Part shown: piece by piece, positions 1 to 7,355 of the stretch
How positions within the stretch are numbered: the stretch's first letter is position 1
Layout of the letters: each line of letters starts with the position of its first letter
Origin: Prevotella sp.
GTDB taxonomy: Bacteria; Bacillota; Clostridia; Christensenellales; UBA1242
Length of the DNA stretch: 64,000 bases
Assembly: GCA_023666145.1 (NCBI GenBank)
Contig: JAMPCO010000002.1
Location: forward strand, 2,023-66,022
Reading direction: 5' to 3'
Notes under the pieces: model-generated
What the model was told of the DNA's origin: nothing
What the model saw: the letters and a program-made list of their open reading frames with translations, nothing else
Databases searched by the model: none
Translations under genes and position numbers: made by a program

Positions 1-1422
1 TGCTGAGCCTGCCGTTATTGTACTTCTATCCATATCATAACCAAGTGAAACATGATAAGGTTGCCAACCGGCTTCATAGCATGATTCTTCATCCTCAGCA
101 AACGTGAATGATGTAAGGTAGCCGAAAGTTCCGGCTCTGTTTTCCTTTATATAATAACCACCAATGTTTAGCATTGCAAGGTCAATAAATCTTCCAAGTG
201 CTTTGTTGGTTTCTTCGCTGATTGCACCTTGTCCAAAGTCTATACCCAACTGACGAGCAACTGGGCCATTAAGCCAAGCGTATGGCGACCAACCGTGAGA
301 ACTAATAAGTGTCCTATACCAATCACCGTGATCCATACATTCAACAAAAGCAATGCAAAGAGGCATAAACTCTGCTGGCACACCGCTCATTACTGCGTTT
401 GCTGCTACGGTGTAAACATAATTCTTTCTATTTGCCATCAATATCATGCCGTCATCACCACCAAGCACATCATCTTCTTTATATGGAGTAAATTTTAGGT
501 ATTCTTTAACTTTAGCTTGTGTTGGCAAGCCTACTGGTAAACCATCTGTCCACTCATTATATTTCATGTAGTCTTGTACTTGGTCATTATTGCCATAATA
601 AATTATTTCATCGTAAGGTCTTTCACCTTCGTTTTCATACAACTTTATTTCAGCTTTAGTAATCTGTTTTGTTAAAGCTGTCTTAATTTGTGGCCACACA
701 ACATGTCTTGCATTTTCTTTAAGTTGTTTTTCAGTATGTGATGCAAAAGCACCAGGATACTCTGCTGTACGCACCACTGGAACACCACGGCTTACACCAA
801 TAGAATGTACTTCTTCAACAAAGGTAGGAGATGCCACCATAACTGCAGGTATACCTATATACTCGGCTGCTATTGCCGAGCCTGTTTCTTTCATTGTACA
901 TATACCACAACCGCCATTACCACATATAACTGCATCAACACCTAATTCAATAAGCTTATTTTGAAATTTTTGCACTTGCGTATTGGTCTTAGTTTGAGAT
1001 TCTTGTTCATCATCCCCAACATTCTTGGTTGGAACTGCAAAATTTCCAGCAGTACCAACTTGGTTGAACATGTATATAGTTACATTTTCGAATTCTTCTT
1101 CTATACATCTCTTCAATTCGAAATGAGTAGTTGAAGCCATAAAACTACCACCAACGAGAGCAATAGTCTTATTGTCAAGTGTGTCAAGACGCGGTGCTTG
1201 TTCAATCATATCAACTTTGCAGTACCCAACGGGAGAAACTACGGCGAAAACTTCGTTTCCGTTTTCGTCATATCTTGGAATATCACATCCATCAATACAT
1301 TCAACCTCTTGTTTAGGTGGTGTGTTTATTTTTTTACAATAAACCCCCGTCAAAACACATGCTAAAACGCAAAGTATAAGCATGCAAGAAAAAATAATTA
1401 TTGCGGTCTTCTTTTTTATAAT
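1..1422 (-). CDS. Partial CDS (C-terminus beyond left edge): N-terminally membrane-anchored, Cys-rich protein of unknown function
   Basis: Absent from the ORF track because no stop lies in the window. My own reverse-strand translation is open from 1422 down to 1 (474 codons). It reads KKKTAIIIFSCMLILCVLACVLTGVYC (TM anchor), then VDAVICGNGGCGICTMKETGSAIAAEYIGIPAVMV (reminiscent of UGSC-type proteins, unverified), then TDGLPVGLPT, and ends DMDRSTITAGSA at nt 1. AGGAG lies at 1426-1430. The first ATG is at 1383, with in-frame ATT/ATA at 1422/1419, so the start is uncertain. Confidence 0.6.
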   Translation of the reverse strand, partial: MIKKKTAIIIFSCMLILCVLACVLTGVYCKKINTPPKQEVECIDGCDIPRYDENGNEVFAVVSPVGYCKVDMIEQAPRLDTLDNKTIALVGGSFMASTTHFELKRCIEEEFENVTIYMFNQVGTAGNFAVPTKNVGDDEQESQTKTNTQVQKFQNKLIELGVDAVICGNGGCGICTMKETGSAIAAEYIGIPAVMVASPTFVEEVHSIGVSRGVPVVRTAEYPGAFASHTEKQLKENARHVVWPQIKTALTKQITKAEIKLYENEGERPYDEIIYYGNNDQVQDYMKYNEWTDGLPVGLPTQAKVKEYLKFTPYKEDDVLGGDDGMILMANRKNYVYTVAANAVMSGVPAEFMPLCIAFVECMDHGDWYRTLISSHGWSPYAWLNGPVARQLGIDFGQGAISEETNKALGRFIDLAMLNIGGYYIKENRAGTFGYLTSFTFAEDEESCYEAGWQPYHVSLGYDMDRSTITAGSA

Positions 1423-1506
1423 TATCTCCTTATTTTTATTATAACAAATAAAATAAAAAATACGCAACCTATATAATTTCTAATAAGGTGCGTAAAGTTT
1501 TCTTTT

Positions 1507-1594
1507 TGGCGGAAGGGACAGGATTTGAACCTGCGGTACCTTGCGGCACACCTGTTTTCGAGACAGGTACATTCGACCACTCTGACACCCTTCC
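1507..1594 (-). tRNA. tRNA-Ser (anticodon CGA), long variable arm, CCA encoded
   Basis: The reverse complement reads GGAAGGG...CCTGTCTCGAAAACAGG...GGTTCAAATCC...CCCTTCCGCCA. It has a 7-bp acceptor stem, the anticodon loop CTCGAAA, a long extra arm and a T-loop GGTTCAAATCC. Confidence 0.9.
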
Positions 1595-1617
1595 GTGGTG
1601 TTGTATTATAACATAGA

Positions 1618-2709
1618 TTACCGACAAATATCAAATATATAATCGGCGATAATTTTTGCGCCGTCGTTGCCACCCGCGTGCAAAGTGTTGGCTAAACATT
1701 GGGATAATGTGCCAGTGTCTAACCAATTTTGGATTAACGCCCGAATTTGGAACGGATTTTCGCAACGCGCACCGCAACCGTTGGTGGTAATATATTGGTA
1801 ATTTTTCGCTTCCTGCCCTGGGATGTGCCCCGTCACCACCACCGCCGTACCGCTGCGCGTGCCTTCCAACAACATATTGGGTCCCGCCTTGGTGCATAAA
1901 ATCTGTGCCCATTGCAACAATGCGGGCATATCGGACACAAAGCCCAGCACTTCGACTTTGTCCAACGACGGATTTTGGGCTTTGGCGGACTGCAAAGCCG
2001 CGTACAAGCGTTCATCACGACCACAAACAAATTTAATGGCGACGCGTTCAATTTGGCACAGTTCACGCACAAAAGCCAAATTCTTGGGTAGATTGGTGGA
2101 CGGATTCACCATTAAAATATGCACGGGGTCGGTCACGGTTTTGGGCACCGACGGCGGCGTAATGTCTTCGCGAATCGGGAAACCCGACAGTAGGATTTGC
2201 TCCGGTCGAAAACCCAAACGCAAATATTGTGCGTGAACGGCGGCGGTTGGCACAAACGTCATTTGCGCCCGACGGTCGCGCCAGACTTTGGGCGGATTGA
2301 CCAAGTCAATCACGGTAATCAAAAACGGAATCGCCAAACGATTTTTCCGCAGTAAACGCGAAACGGCTTTGGTAAACATTCCATGCACCGAAATAATTAC
2401 ATCGGGTTGAAAGGCTTGGATTTCCCGCAACAGACCTTTTTTCACGTGGCGGTAAATCCAATCATGCATCATGCCAGTGAAAATTTGGGATGCGCCGTGC
2501 GCGATTTTCCACAGGAATGGGTGATTGATGGTCAAGGGAATGTAGCAATTTTCCATTTTTGTGCCGACCTGCCCCATTAACGGGAAGCAATTCACTTGTT
2601 TCACGGTACAGCCGAGTGCGGTCAAGCGCCGTTCCAAAGCGTTGGCGGCGGATTTGTGTCCCGTGCCCGTGCGTTCCGCCATGAGAATCATAACTTTGTT
2701 CATGGTCAT
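1618..2709 (-). CDS. GT28-family diacylglycerol glycosyltransferase (MGDG synthase / UgtP-like)
   Basis: 363-aa ORF. The N-terminus KVMILMAERTGTGHKSAANAL, then FQPDVIISVHG, ITVIDLV and a C-terminal TKAGPNMLLEG...PGQEAKN follow the layout of UgtP/MGDG-synthase glycosyltransferases. Confidence 0.75.
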   Translation of the reverse strand: MTMNKVMILMAERTGTGHKSAANALERRLTALGCTVKQVNCFPLMGQVGTKMENCYIPLTINHPFLWKIAHGASQIFTGMMHDWIYRHVKKGLLREIQAFQPDVIISVHGMFTKAVSRLLRKNRLAIPFLITVIDLVNPPKVWRDRRAQMTFVPTAAVHAQYLRLGFRPEQILLSGFPIREDITPPSVPKTVTDPVHILMVNPSTNLPKNLAFVRELCQIERVAIKFVCGRDERLYAALQSAKAQNPSLDKVEVLGFVSDMPALLQWAQILCTKAGPNMLLEGTRSGTAVVVTGHIPGQEAKNYQYITTNGCGARCENPFQIRALIQNWLDTGTLSQCLANTLHAGGNDGAKIIADYIFDICR

Positions 2710-2741
2710 TTTATATTATCGCAAATCAAGCACGGTCGCAA

Positions 2742-3011
2742 TCATTTTCCCGTCAACTGCTGCACAAGCGCAGGTGGTAACGGCGTTTTGAAACTGCGGC
2801 ACAGACTTTTTTGCAAATTGGGACTGTGCAAGCACGACGGGCATATGTGCGCCCCGCGTCCGTTCAAGCGCTGGGTGCCTTGCACTAAGAATTGACCGTT
2901 GACACGCACGACACGAGTCATGTTGGCAATGGGTTGCAATTTGCGGCAAACGCAGCAAATGCGGTTGACCGTGTGGGTGAGTTTATTCGCCACCGAGTGT
3001 AAATTCCTCAA
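2742..3011 (-). CDS. ylxR: YlxR/RnpM-like (DUF448) RNA-binding protein
   Basis: RICCVCRKLQPIANMTRVVRV...NGRGAHICPSC matches the YlxR pattern R-x-C-x-x-C...L-x-R-V-V-R...GRGAY-x-C. It lies directly downstream of nusA, as in Bacillota. The start is uncertain because the longest ORF overlaps the nusA end by 29 nt. Confidence 0.7.
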   Translation of the reverse strand: MRNLHSVANKLTHTVNRICCVCRKLQPIANMTRVVRVNGQFLVQGTQRLNGRGAHICPSCLHSPNLQKSLCRSFKTPLPPALVQQLTGK

Positions 3012-4110
3012 TGTAAGCGGCGTCTTCCGCGTTGGCTTTTTCTTCGCTCTTCACGTCGATTTTCCAACCCGTCAATTTTGCCGCCAAACGGACATTCATC
3101 CCCGCTTTACCGATGGCCAAAGACAATTTGTCGTTCGGCACGACAACGCGGGCGCGTTTTTCTTCTTCGTTGGCTTCCACGCGCAACACGGTCGCGGGCG
3201 ATAATGCCGAAGCGATAAATTCCAACGGGTCTTCACTCCACGGGATAATGTCCACTTTTTCGGGACGAATTTCGTCCAAAATCGCGTTAATGCGCGCGCC
3301 CTTAGCACCGACGCAAGCACCAATCGGGTCGATATTGGCAATCATCGAAGCCACCGCAATTTTGGTACGGTAACCGGCTTCACGCGCCACGGCTTTGATT
3401 TCGATTTCGCCTTTTTCGATTTCCGGCACTTCCAACATGAACAAAACTTTGACAAATTCGGGACGGGTACGCGTCACAAAAATGTCGTTCGTGTAGCCAA
3501 TATCTTTAATTTTCGGCACGTAAACTTTGACAAAGTCGCCAATTTTGAACGTTTGTCCCGGGAAATTGTTGCGTTCGTCCAAAATACCTTCCAAAGTGCT
3601 ACCTGGGATTTCTAAGAAATATTTGCCGCCTTCGTAACGGTTGACTTTCGCGGTCACAATTTTGTCTTCGCGGGTGGACATCTCTTGCAACGCCGCATTA
3701 CGGTTACGTTCTTTCAATTTTTGGTTCAAAACTTGTTTGACCGCCACCGCCGCCACCCGACCAAAGTCTTTGGGGTTTTCTTCTTGTTCCAACACGTCGC
3801 CGATTTTCGCGGTCTTTTTGATTTCACGCGCTTCGGACAAAGTAATCAATTTGTCGTAATCGAACGGCACGAAACCTTCTTCGTCACTGTCGAATTTTTC
3901 ATCTTCGTCCGCAACTACGGTTTTGTAACTGTAAACGCGGATGGTGTTCCTTTCGGGGTTCAACGCCACGCGCGCGTTCATGGCTTCCCCATGGGCTTTG
4001 CGGAACGCCACGGATAAAGCCTCTTCCAAGTCCTTAATAATTTCGCTGACTTCCATGCCGCGTTCGGTGGCCATCATATTTAATGCGACGAAAAAATCTT
4101 TTGATGTCAT
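2983..4110 (-). CDS. nusA: Transcription termination/antitermination factor NusA
   Basis: 375 aa. The N-terminus is MTSKDFFVALNMMATERGMEVSEIIKDLEEALSVAFRK. S1 and KH regions are present (IDPIGACVGAKGARI, LAIGKAGMNVRLAAKLTGWKIDV). Confidence 0.95.
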   Translation of the reverse strand: MTSKDFFVALNMMATERGMEVSEIIKDLEEALSVAFRKAHGEAMNARVALNPERNTIRVYSYKTVVADEDEKFDSDEEGFVPFDYDKLITLSEAREIKKTAKIGDVLEQEENPKDFGRVAAVAVKQVLNQKLKERNRNAALQEMSTREDKIVTAKVNRYEGGKYFLEIPGSTLEGILDERNNFPGQTFKIGDFVKVYVPKIKDIGYTNDIFVTRTRPEFVKVLFMLEVPEIEKGEIEIKAVAREAGYRTKIAVASMIANIDPIGACVGAKGARINAILDEIRPEKVDIIPWSEDPLEFIASALSPATVLRVEANEEEKRARVVVPNDKLSLAIGKAGMNVRLAAKLTGWKIDVKSEEKANAEDAAYIEEFTLGGE

Positions 4111-4122
4111 TTCATTCTCCTT

Positions 4123-4374
4123 TTATGCTTCCCAATCTTTACCGTCAATGCCTTCACTGCTGACCGATAAATTGTAATTTTCGCCCAGTTCACGGTCATT
4201 GGCTTCAATGATGGGGTCAATTAACCGTGTCACGGTTTCACAATCGGTGTGGTCAATGCCACCATCCTTGTCGATGTAAAAACACAATTCATGGTTTTTC
4301 CAAGTTACCCGCAACAATGTGTACCCAGCATCGGTAATCACTTTTTGGCATAAATCACGAAATTTGTTTTCCAT
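4123..4374 (-). CDS. rimP: Ribosome maturation factor RimP, N-terminal domain only (83 aa)
   Basis: It lies 12 nt upstream of nusA and has an AGGAG SD. The sequence ends LSVSSEGIDGKDWEA, which corresponds to the VSSPG-x-x-R motif closing the RimP N-domain. No C-terminal domain is encoded. Confidence 0.7.
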   Translation of the reverse strand: MENKFRDLCQKVITDAGYTLLRVTWKNHELCFYIDKDGGIDHTDCETVTRLIDPIIEANDRELGENYNLSVSSEGIDGKDWEA

Positions 4375-4395
4375 TGTCCACTCCTTTTTTGGGCT

Positions 4396-4418
4396 AAAAA
4401 AATGGACCTGACCGGCCC
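4396..4418 (-). terminator. Weak hairpin plus U7 just upstream of the rimP SD (terminator of the upstream gene and/or leader attenuator)
   Basis: The minus strand reads UGGGCC-GGUCA-GGUCCA followed by UUUUUUU. The rimP SD follows about 10 nt later. Confidence 0.4.
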
Positions 4419-4427
4419 ACCTGTTTT

Positions 4428-4456
4428 AGGTTAACACATTCTAACCCGAATTGCAA
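4428..4456 (-). promoter_or_regulatory. Putative promoter of the rimP-nusA operon
   Basis: Minus strand: TTGCAA (4451-4456), a 17-nt spacer, then TGT-TAACCT (extended -10, 4428-4433). The -10 hexamer is weak. Confidence 0.3.
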
Positions 4457-4471
4457 CTGTTTTGTGCGAAT

Positions 4472-4996
4472 TTATTTGCGCGTGACCGAGACTTCGGTTA
4501 AAATCGCCGAAATGATTGCGCAGATACCGAACCAAAATACCCCGAGATTAGGGATGTATTTCACCGAAGTTGTCAAAATTCTTTCCGATAAGACACTGCA
4601 ACCACCAATCGCCGTTGCCATAAAAATTACTGCGCACGCCGCGACCGCCATACCAACGCCAATCGCCGACCATTTGACCGCGGGATGCTTGATAAAAAAT
4701 CTTAAAACTAACAGTACCGCCATCGCAGCAAGTAACACCAATGACACAATCAACATCACACGCGCAAATTGCCAATTACCAATTTTATCAAAATTTTCCA
4801 TGTCGTTAATGTTTTCAAACCATTCGCCCAGGCCCCAATTTTCTTTCACACTGTACCCCGATAAAGATTCGCGGCTTTTCATCGTAATAAAATTGAACAA
4901 TAATCCCAAGCAAGCCAATGCCGCCGTCAGGAAACTGGCCACCAAGAGTATCAAGTTAACCGCTTTGGGTGATATTTTGCTTTTCCCTCTCCTCAT
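4472..4996 (-). CDS. Integral membrane protein, unknown function
   Basis: 174 aa with about four hydrophobic segments (LILLVASFLTAALACLGLLF, MLIVSLVLLAAMAVLLVL, IGVGMAVAACAVIFMATAIGG, VFWFGICAIISAIL). It is on the same strand as its neighbours. Confidence 0.6.
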   Translation of the reverse strand: MRRGKSKISPKAVNLILLVASFLTAALACLGLLFNFITMKSRESLSGYSVKENWGLGEWFENINDMENFDKIGNWQFARVMLIVSLVLLAAMAVLLVLRFFIKHPAVKWSAIGVGMAVAACAVIFMATAIGGCSVLSERILTTSVKYIPNLGVFWFGICAIISAILTEVSVTRK

Positions 4997-5046
4997 ATTT
5001 TATATATAGCATCAAACGGCGCAAAACGTCAAACGGGTTTTCGGGT

Positions 5047-6303
5047 TTATTTGATTTTGGTGCGACTACGTGCCAATTCTGTATTGTCTTGTTTACGGTT
5101 TTGCAATTCTTTGACGGGATGAATTTTGTCTTGATAGCGGTAATCTTGTCCCAATTTCGCAATTGTTTCCGCCACGACCACATGACTGGCGGTAGTATTG
5201 ACATCGGCAATCACTTGATCTTGGTAACGGAAGAAATCGGCGTTCGCAGGTAAATTCATGACGTCCACATAATGTTGACGATTACTGGTCAACATCACCG
5301 TTCGTTCCAAAACATCGCGGATGTATTCTTTGTTGGTACCCAATTGCAAAAGGTTCGGAAAATCGCCTTTGCCAATCACTTTTTTGGGTGCAGTTTTTTC
5401 GTATTTTTCCAACAGGCTGCACGCTAATTTCAAATGCGCGCATTCCATTTCGAAGCAATGTTCCCAAATTTGTTTGATGTACGCCACTTCTTCTTGTGCC
5501 GCCATACTGCAATACAAATATGCTTCGGTGTATTCGTGTAACACCCACTGCTCTAACCACGTACAAGTCGGGTCTTTCAAACTTTCATATTGGCTGACGT
5601 GTTGTTCTTCCACCATGCCAATTTCCGCATATAACTGACGTCCTAAATCATTTTTGTACCATTGCGCAATGTTCATGTAATAATTCATGGTTTGCTGTTC
5701 CGCCGCTGTGATAATATTCGCGACTAATTTGGAATAAAGGTCGCTTTTGTTGGCGTTCATGGCTTTGCGCAAATCGTCTTTGGGATAACGATGGTGTGCC
5801 AAAGTCGGCCGTCCTGGCATAATTTCGGTAAATTTGCCCACCAATTTGGCTGGGTCTGCCCCTGGCACATCTAACAGCATCAAATTACTAAAACGATATA
5901 AATGATCAAAATCTTCCAACAACGCAAAGTTCAAGGCTTCAATGTTGGTTTTATCCACATCGGTCTGCGCCAAAGTCGCGGTTAAATCAATCGCTAACTG
6001 TTCATAGGTAATGGTGGTTTCCAAAATACTTTCGTCCAAGGGCTTCAAACACGCAATCATTTTTTGTTGTTGCTGCTCTTGTTTGCGGACGACCGCCAAC
6101 GCGTCCTTAATTTCTTGCTGCTCACAATGGCGTGCAAATTGGTGCAAAAACCAAACGCTTTCGTATTCGGTGCCATTCATCAAAATTACACGCGTCTTGG
6201 TATACGGGTTAGTCGTCTTTTTGTTGTACGCCTTCGGGTACATGGCATTGAATGACATAAAGTATTCATCGACTGCTTTGGTAGGAAATTCTAATGGGTT
6301 CAT
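5047..6303 (-). CDS. Conserved-looking hypothetical protein, possibly ferritin-like/di-iron helical bundle
   Basis: 418 aa with an AAGGAG SD upstream. Two E-x-x-H motifs (VEEQHV and EMECAHL) sit in helix-like sequence. The assignment is only suggestive. Confidence 0.6.
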   Translation of the reverse strand: MNPLEFPTKAVDEYFMSFNAMYPKAYNKKTTNPYTKTRVILMNGTEYESVWFLHQFARHCEQQEIKDALAVVRKQEQQQQKMIACLKPLDESILETTITYEQLAIDLTATLAQTDVDKTNIEALNFALLEDFDHLYRFSNLMLLDVPGADPAKLVGKFTEIMPGRPTLAHHRYPKDDLRKAMNANKSDLYSKLVANIITAAEQQTMNYYMNIAQWYKNDLGRQLYAEIGMVEEQHVSQYESLKDPTCTWLEQWVLHEYTEAYLYCSMAAQEEVAYIKQIWEHCFEMECAHLKLACSLLEKYEKTAPKKVIGKGDFPNLLQLGTNKEYIRDVLERTVMLTSNRQHYVDVMNLPANADFFRYQDQVIADVNTTASHVVVAETIAKLGQDYRYQDKIHPVKELQNRKQDNTELARSRTKIK

Positions 6304-6365
6304 TTTTACACTCCTTTATAGTGCAATTATGTCCCGCGATCGTTTTTTTAATCACTAACTTATGT

Positions 6366-6452
6366 TGGTGGCCGGGGTGGGACTTGAACCCACACATCGT
6401 TGCCGATATCGGATTTTGAGTCCGACGCGTCTGCCAATTTCACCACCCGGCC
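6366..6452 (-). tRNA. tRNA-Leu (anticodon CAA), CCA encoded
   Basis: The reverse complement reads GGCCGGGTGGTGAAATTGGCAGAC...GGACTCAAAATCC...long variable arm...GTGGGTTCAAGTCCCACCCCGGCCACCA. Confidence 0.9.
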
Positions 6453-6465
6453 AAATCTATTATGT

Positions 6466-6494
6466 ATTATACACTACCCAATTGGCTTTGTCAA
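6466..6494 (-). promoter_or_regulatory. Consensus sigma-A-type promoter for tRNA-Leu
   Basis: Minus strand: TTGACA (6489-6494), 17 nt, then TG-x-TATAAT (6466-6471). It ends 13 nt before the tRNA 5' end. Confidence 0.7.
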
Positions 6495-6505
6495 AACAAT
6501 TCGCA

Positions 6506-6534
6506 TTGACAATGCCACCCAAAATTGCTAAATT
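6506..6534 (+). promoter_or_regulatory. Promoter for tRNA-Met(CAT)
   Basis: TTGACA (6506-6511), 17 nt, then TAAATT (6529-6534). It ends 14 nt before the tRNA 5' end. Confidence 0.6.
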
Positions 6535-6548
6535 AAAACAACCTACGT

Positions 6549-6625
6549 GGGAGTTTAGCGCAGTTGGTTAGAGCAACCGGCTCATAACCGGTCGGTCCAT
6601 GGTTCAAGTCCATGAACTCCCACCA
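6549..6625 (+). tRNA. tRNA with anticodon CAT (elongator Met or lysidine-modified Ile2), CCA encoded
   Basis: GGGAGTTTAGCGCAGTTGGTTAGAGCAACCGGCTCATAACCGGTCGGTCCATGGTTCAAGTCCATGAACTCCCACCA. There is no triple G-C run in the anticodon stem, so it is not an initiator. It resembles Bacillus tRNA-Ile(CAU). Confidence 0.85.
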
Positions 6626-6638
6626 AGATTCCGTCAAC

Positions 6639-6726
6639 GTCCATGGTTCTGTCCACTTCGTGTCCAGATGCCTCACTCACTTCGTTCTACTCGTTCGTTC
6701 GTCATCAAGTCCATGAACTCCCACCA
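6639..6726 (+). repeat. Second, split copy of the tRNA-Met(CAT) 3' half (att-like scar)
   Basis: The 11-mer GTCCATGGTTC (6595-6605) recurs at 6639-6649. The 22-mer TCAAGTCCATGAACTCCCACCA (6604-6625) recurs at 6705-6726. The two pieces are separated by a 55-nt insert. Confidence 0.8.
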
Positions 6727-6758
6727 AACAAAAACCCTGCCATAAACTGACAGGGTTT
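6727..6758 (-). terminator. Rho-independent terminator of hsp20
   Basis: Minus strand: AAACCCTG-loop(11)-CAGGGTTT followed by TTTTTGTTTGG. It lies 20 nt past the hsp20 stop. Confidence 0.8.
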
Positions 6759-6777
6759 GTGCATTGGGCAATCAATT

Positions 6778-7233
6778 TTATTTGATTTCGATGTGGCGAC
6801 GGGTTGGCTTGTGTTCTTTGGGAACCGTAATCGTCAAAACACCGTGCTGCAAAGCCGCGTTGATTTGTTTTTCGTCAATTTCACCAACATAGAAACTACG
6901 CGAGCAGGAACTGGCAACGCGTTCACGACGTAAAAGTTTGCCACGAGCACTTTGGGCGTTGTTGTTCGTTTTGTTGGCGGCAATCGTTAAATAACCATTT
7001 TCAAAACCAATGTTCAAATCACTGCGTTCAAAACCTGGTACTTCCACTTTGAATTCGTAACCGCTTTCGGTTTCTTCAATGTCGGTGCGCATCACATTTT
7101 GCAAGTTATTCATTTCTTTGCGGAACGGGCGATCCCAAAAGAATTCATCCCACAAAGGGTGAAACAACCCTGCTCCGTAGTCCGTGTACAACGTTACTTC
7201 GCGATCCTTTTTGTCTTCATGATTGTTTTTCAT
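6778..7233 (-). CDS. Small heat-shock protein, Hsp20/alpha-crystallin family
   Basis: 151 aa with the alpha-crystallin core YEFKVEVPGFERSDLNIGFENGYLTI...GVLTITVPKE. An AGGAGG SD lies upstream. Confidence 0.9.
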   Translation of the reverse strand: MKNNHEDKKDREVTLYTDYGAGLFHPLWDEFFWDRPFRKEMNNLQNVMRTDIEETESGYEFKVEVPGFERSDLNIGFENGYLTIAANKTNNNAQSARGKLLRRERVASSCSRSFYVGEIDEKQINAALQHGVLTITVPKEHKPTRRHIEIK

Positions 7234-7264
7234 TTTTTCCTCCTATTATATTTTTTGTCTTTTT

Positions 7265-7285
7265 GAATAACTTTATACGTTATTC
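7265..7285 (-). promoter_or_regulatory. Perfect 7-N7-7 inverted repeat at the predicted hsp20 transcription start (candidate operator or 5'-UTR hairpin)
   Basis: GAATAAC-N7-GTTATTC at 7265-7271 and 7279-7285. It begins 7 nt downstream of the -10 hexamer. Confidence 0.45.
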
Positions 7286-7291
7286 TGCTAG

Positions 7292-7320
7292 ATTATATTA
7301 TTGTTTGCTAGCACTGTCAA
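7292..7320 (-). promoter_or_regulatory. Consensus sigma-A-type promoter of hsp20 with an upstream A-tract
   Basis: Minus strand: TTGACA (7315-7320), 17 nt, then TATAAT (7292-7297). An A8 tract (7334-7341) lies upstream, like an UP element. The 8-bp palindrome TGCTAGCA sits in the spacer. Confidence 0.7.
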
Positions 7321-7355
7321 GTGTTTATTGCTATTTTTTTTGAATTTATCAACCA

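Noticed and set aside
1823-2895. Several 65-137-aa ORFs on both strands within the glycosyltransferase gene
   Set aside because: This is a GC-rich region that yields long spurious frames. The 363-aa frame has clear GT28 homology and accounts for the sequence.
2716-2958. Alternative 80-aa minus-strand ORF downstream of nusA
   Set aside because: The overlapping frame at 2742-3011 carries the YlxR signature (RxCxxC...GRGA). This frame has no recognisable features.
4464-5009. Plus-strand 181-aa ORF overlapping the minus-strand membrane-protein ORF
   Set aside because: The minus-strand product has clear TM helices and matches the strand of the surrounding operon. The plus-strand translation is compositionally odd and lacks an SD.
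7300-7330. CIRCE-like half site (TTGCTAGCACTGTCAAGTG) upstream of hsp20
   Set aside because: It resembles TTAGCACTC, but the required inverted partner GAGTGCTAA after a 9-nt spacer is absent. The similarity comes from the -35 box and the TGCTAGCA palindrome, so it is not an HrcA operator.
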